Below are positions 48,976-64,000 of a stretch of 64,000 nucleotides of DNA, one piece after another. Position numbers and translations under genes: made by a program. How positions within the stretch are numbered: position 1 is the stretch's first letter; every line of letters starts with the position of its first letter. Under the pieces are notes generated by a model that saw only the letters and a program-made list of their open reading frames with translations, was not told the DNA's origin and ran no database searches. This stretch comes from Tubiluchus corallicola (Eukaryota; Animalia; Priapulida), in the NCBI GenBank assembly GCA_030141605.1, contig JAQGDQ010000092.1:595730-659729 (forward strand), in the 5' to 3' direction.

Positions 48976-50601
48976 ACAGTGCGGTGTGTCCTTCTCAAAA
49001 AGATAGTCTTGTTAACTTTGGAAAGCTAACTTTTTAACTGTTGTGCGTTTCTGAGGCAGTTTAATGTCTTCGGTACACTTTCGGCTACCTCAGTCAATTG
49101 TAATCAACACAACACAGACCCGTGATCGTCGTTATAGTCAACCATCTTACACTTTCCATACTGTTACAACTACTGTATTTATGCTACTATTACTACTACT
49201 GCTAGTAAAAATGAGATGATATATTAATTAATTTTGTCAACTGTCAAAACTATTTATTTTAATGATAGTGCTCCAAGCAAGCATGAAGTTTTCTTGTTAC
49301 AAGAGAAAAGGAAAAAATGAGAAGCTACAATGTTTGTGACAATTTTTGTGACACGTACATATGGAATTTCCTTCCTACGGATAATAATATATGCTTTACC
49401 ATTAAAATATCAAGGATTTGTGGGAAAATATTCCCATACTTCCATAAAAAATGTTTTTGAAAAAGGACAAAATTACAGTGTTTTTCAAAAATGTTTTGCT
49501 GTTCCTTTATAATGAGGTATGATAGGTATAGCCGACAAGCTCCGAAGCAGGCTACAGGCTATACGTGTGTTTACAATATGACATTGGTGTGATATGTATG
49601 ATTGCATTGAATTCCTGTTTTTTCTTTTTTGCGTGAGTTATTGTTACTTTAATTCACAGTTTGATTATATTATTGCTTTAATTCAATGCTTTTCTTTTGT
49701 TCTTCGGCTGGAGTGAATTTCTTGATTTAAATTCAAATTTTTGTTTTGCGTTAACTCAAACTGTTCATTTCATTTGCCAAATTCATTTACTGCTTGCCAT
49801 TTTAATTTTAAACCCATGTCAAACTTATTATGTTAAAAAAATTTGCCAATTAAGTTACCGTTATTTTTTTATTTTTTTGTTTGTCTGGTCACACTTAAGT
49901 TTTTTCTAACATGTTTATTAAGTGCAGACAATCGCACTTAAAACATGTTAATTGATTCTTAAACGCTAGTTTATTGGCTTTTTCACGTGTAATTTTCTTT
50001 AATTTCGAACAGGGGTGCCTGACCTGCGACCACTGGTCTTTCCTGCTCTGTTTTATCTTTTTACTTTTGTTTATGTTTATTTTGTGAATATTAGTGAGAA
50101 ATAAATACTTATTTGCTTACTCACAATTAATAAAATTATAATACCTTTGCTGCACTTTTTGCAGAACACAGAACATTTTTACAACATTCTAAAATGTCCC
50201 AAAAACGCTATAATGTAGTAACATTTTGCTGTTTTTTTTTCGTGAATGATCTACAAGTGGACCTAGTGTACATGTGCATTTTTGCTTTGCAAATAAATAC
50301 CTTAACAGTCAATTTCACAAAACTCGCCACATCGCATCGTTTCAAAAATATTTCCGAGACCTTTTACTAAAATTGTTTTTAATTTTGTTAATTTTGTGAG
50401 AATGTTGTATGCTTCTCAAATGCGCCACAATGCCCGATAAAATGATTAAACTCATTTAGTCTTGAACAACAGACGTAAGTGGCGTGCAAGAATATCAGAA
50501 AAAACGAGACAGATCAGAAGATTTCTGCTATTGCTATTTTATTTTTCGGACGTTTTCGGATGACTCAGCTATAAGTTTATTGTTAGTTTTAATCGCCAAT
50601 T

Positions 50602-60790
<10,189 letters not shown>

Positions 60791-60910
60791 TGGAATGTAA
60801 TTTGTATTGTATTTAATCTTGCACAATTATAAGTGAAATGTGATGCTGAAAAAAAACATAAAATTTTTGTTTGACGCCCTGCATTACCATAAAATTTTCA
60901 TGTAGACTGT

Positions 60911-60951
60911 AATAAATTTTTTCAAATGTTGAATTTGAATGGCCAAATAAA
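60911..60951 (+). terminator. Candidate PSMC6 polyadenylation signals
   Basis: AATAAA at 60911 and about 60946, 120-160 nt after the stop codon. Confidence 0.55.
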
Positions 60952-61907
60952 ACCTGGATTAATATTTTTCTTGAAAAAGCGCAGAGGAATAAGAAAGTTA
61001 CCGGGATAGTCTATCATATCACTGTATAACTGAAACTAGAAATTGGCATTATATGACAATGATAAGTCCTGAGATGCAGTTTTAAAATTTTCAGTTATGC
61101 ACTATAGTTTTTTTATTAAAAATACTTACACTGACAAATAAAGCAAAACATTTTTAGATACCACAATTTTTTGGGTCTAGAAAAATTTGCTCAGTTTTGC
61201 AAGCACAGCTTGGCATTTGCAGTACATATTACTACAGAATTAATTATGCAGATCTTGGAACACTTGAAACATTCCAAAGGTTGTGTTGATGATTAGTTTT
61301 ACGCATGTAATGGTAATGGGAGAAATCCATTGATTATTTTACTCTTTGTCTGGTCATGTATTTCTAGGCTTGCAACAATTGCTATGTTCAGTGTAATTAG
61401 CCACGGACTTCTGCATATTGCATAATTATAGTTTTTAAACCATAATACATGTACAACATGTTGGGTACCCCATGATCCTTTGAGAAAGACAACTAAAGAA
61501 ACTCCAGCTCTTGTAAATGAACTAGGCGGCAACAAAATGTCAAGTACCACTATTGGGCCTTTGATATATCCTGACAGAACTGCATTAAATGAATGAACAC
61601 CTAGTAAGAATGTCTTAAAAGAGTGCCCTTTGAGCAGTGTATTTCATCGGGAAGGCAAGTGAACAAAATATTGTTGCCTCATCTGAATAACAATAATTAT
61701 GCTAAACATTTCGAGACGTTTGTATAAATTTTAAATACCTTAGTTTTACAATTTTTTATAAATTCGGCAATCTTTATGGTGTGATCGGTTCAACAGTTTT
61801 TCAAACTGATCGATAATCTAATAATGAGCCATTCAGAACTTGTTCACCGATCACCACTGTTTATTCACCAATCACTGATCAGCTTATCCCATCACCAGTA
61901 AAAATTA

Positions 61908-63074
61908 CAGTCATACCTCGTTAAACCGCCAAGCTCATTTACTGCCTCCAAAATGGCTAGGAACGAGACTGCTGTATTCAGATGTATTTAAAAGTAACCC
62001 AATATACCGACCCCCATTACCCGCCATCTGCCAAGTAAGTTAACATACAGTATATGTTTAATGGGGAAATGCCACCAGCAGTTTCAAATAGTGTGAGACA
62101 TATTCCAGTTACCCAAGAAATGCTGAGCAACAAAGCAATGTTTTTTGGTAAAGAACTAGGTGTTGATCCGAACTTTCACTACTCAAATGGCTGGATTTCT
62201 TGTTTTAATGTGTGTTACGGTATTTCTAGCTGCAAACTGTGCAGATAGTGCTGGTGTAAATATAGTAATAGACATATACTATAGTAAATATAACTGAGCC
62301 TTTTGGTCATATGCAAAAGCAAACAACCAAGATGTTTCAAACACATCAGACTGAGCTTGTTTTGTGATTATTGTGCTTGAAGGGGGAAACTGTTTGAGCA
62401 AAAACATTTCTTGCTGTCAAACTATGTTTTTTATACAGCCGATGCATAGGGGGTCACACAGCAAATACTGACAATTACAGGTACAGCACCTTATGGGTGT
62501 ATTCGATGACAACTACCCCGCAGTTTACTACTAAGCGACGCAATTCGCTTTGCCAAATGTGCTTGGAGCGCAGTTACACCTGCTATGATCAGAAATTGTT
62601 TCAGGCACACGAATATTTTATCACTTGAGTGGAGATAGCAGAGAGCAAGATAATAGTGATTAAGCTCGTGGTAGCATGAAAGCCAGCATTTGTGCTAAAA
62701 GCATGAATTAGTTTGAAAGACTGGCTGTCGAAGTTCATGACTAAGAATTTATTGACATTGACAAGAAATGCAAAATAATTTAAGGTTTTTGTGGCATTGT
62801 TTGCTTTAAACATTATATTTTCAGTTTCAATTCTAAATTTGCAGTAATAATTTTTAGACGAGACACATTTATTTACAAGTTCTTAATAAAGTTGACTGAT
62901 TTTGAGTGTAATTCACAAATGATTAATTTATTAATTTTCTTTCAATTCATTAACGTTTGGAGTAAAAATTGACTCTAACCAGAGTACACTTGTTTGCACA
63001 AAAATTTAATATACTTCGTTGTAATGACAACTTTTTTCTCGTCAAAAATTAGGCAGTATAAAGGGGTTTGACTG
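61908..63074 (+). mobile_element. Internally deleted pogo/Tigger DNA transposon with a CENP-B-type HTH remnant
   Basis: Termini TA|CAGTCATACCTCGTTAAACCGCC and GGCAGTATAAAGGGGTTTGACTG|TA (18/23 inverted match, TA target duplication). The ORF at 62054-62248 encodes IPVTQEMLSNKAMFFGKELG...FHYSNGWISCF...YGI, typical of the Tigger/CENP-B HTH. Confidence 0.82.
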
Positions 63075-64000
63075 TATACATTTTAACACTTATAATAACG
63101 CCTATATTTAAGTAATAAGTTAAAACCTTTATTAAGGGTAGGCGAGCCCAGCTAGTGATGACGTCATAACTGAACTTAACTTTCAACAGCACAAGCATTC
63201 CATGAGCATGTTGTTCGTGCATGCGAAAGCGAAAATCGAAGTAGCATGCTACTGTACAATATTTAGTGTGATACACAAATCTCTGTGAATTTTAAGCTTA
63301 AAAATTCAATTACAAGCTTAAATTTCAAGTTTATATTCATGCTCACACAAGCTCTCAAACGTATGCGTCACATCACAACTGAATTGAGTTGTACAGTGCC
63401 AATTTTGATGCAACACATTTCCGAGTGAAAATATATTTTAATGTGTTGAAAACATCTAACTAGCAAATGGCAAAGAATTAGCCATGCGAACCCGAAAATT
63501 AGGTCTCTGAGGTAATAATTCTGGCAAGTCATTCTTTAAAAGTTAGCATGTTCCTTTTTAATATTTTATAGGGTTGATTGTTTTGAGCTATTATTTAAGA
63601 TCGGGTCTGGTTTTGTTTTAATAACACTAGATTTTGACAGAAAGCACCACAAATAATATACACGAAGAAAAAATACTTGTACTTGACAACTAAAATAAGT
63701 ACAGTGTACTTCATAACACAGTATCGAAAGTTTGCTATAAAAATTGTCCAGTGTTACACTATCATCTCTAGCTGGCGAGCATATTCTATTGTTTGTTGTG
63801 CTAGATCTATCGATGGTACATGATCTAAGTCTGCTGCCTTGTCAACAATATTGAACTGTAAACTATTCTTTCCAGTATGCCACTTTCTCTGCAAAGATAA
63901 TAAGAGTTATTACAGCAAATGTTGTGGTTAGTGGTAATAGTAATAAAACGATAGTAATTAATTATTGAACAAATTTTTAGCTGTCATGCCACAGCGTGAT

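Noticed and set aside
62054-62248. Domesticated CENP-B/TIGD gene
   Set aside because: Only a short HTH fragment between retained TIRs, with a broken downstream frame. It is a dead transposon, not a host gene.

Overview
AT-rich genomic DNA from an invertebrate animal (eukaryotic, GT-AG introns, no prokaryotic features). By reading splice sites I reconstructed four intact spliced genes. DPP3 (+, 17 coding exons, 1526-18489, 725 aa). An Rsf1/SRSF3-like RRM-RGG splicing regulator (+, 21433-25548, 266 aa). ZW10 (-, 11 coding exons, 28579-43132, 761 aa). PSMC6/Rpt4 (+, 11 exons, 50602-60790, 398 aa). A fifth gene, an uninterrupted 544-aa C2H2 zinc-finger ORF, is nested antisense inside ZW10 intron 5 and is bracketed by two related MITEs. 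Its C-terminus carries repeated CtBP-like and SUMO-consensus motifs. Two decayed LINEs (CR1-like and L2-group) lie between the head-to-head ZW10 and PSMC6 genes. Further LINE remnants, a pogo/Tigger element, several MITEs and tandem duplications fill introns and intergenic space. The most interesting items are the nested ZF gene and the apparent alternative-splicing/uORF control built into the Rsf1-like gene. Both are inferences from sequence alone; no database search was run and family names come from recognised motifs.
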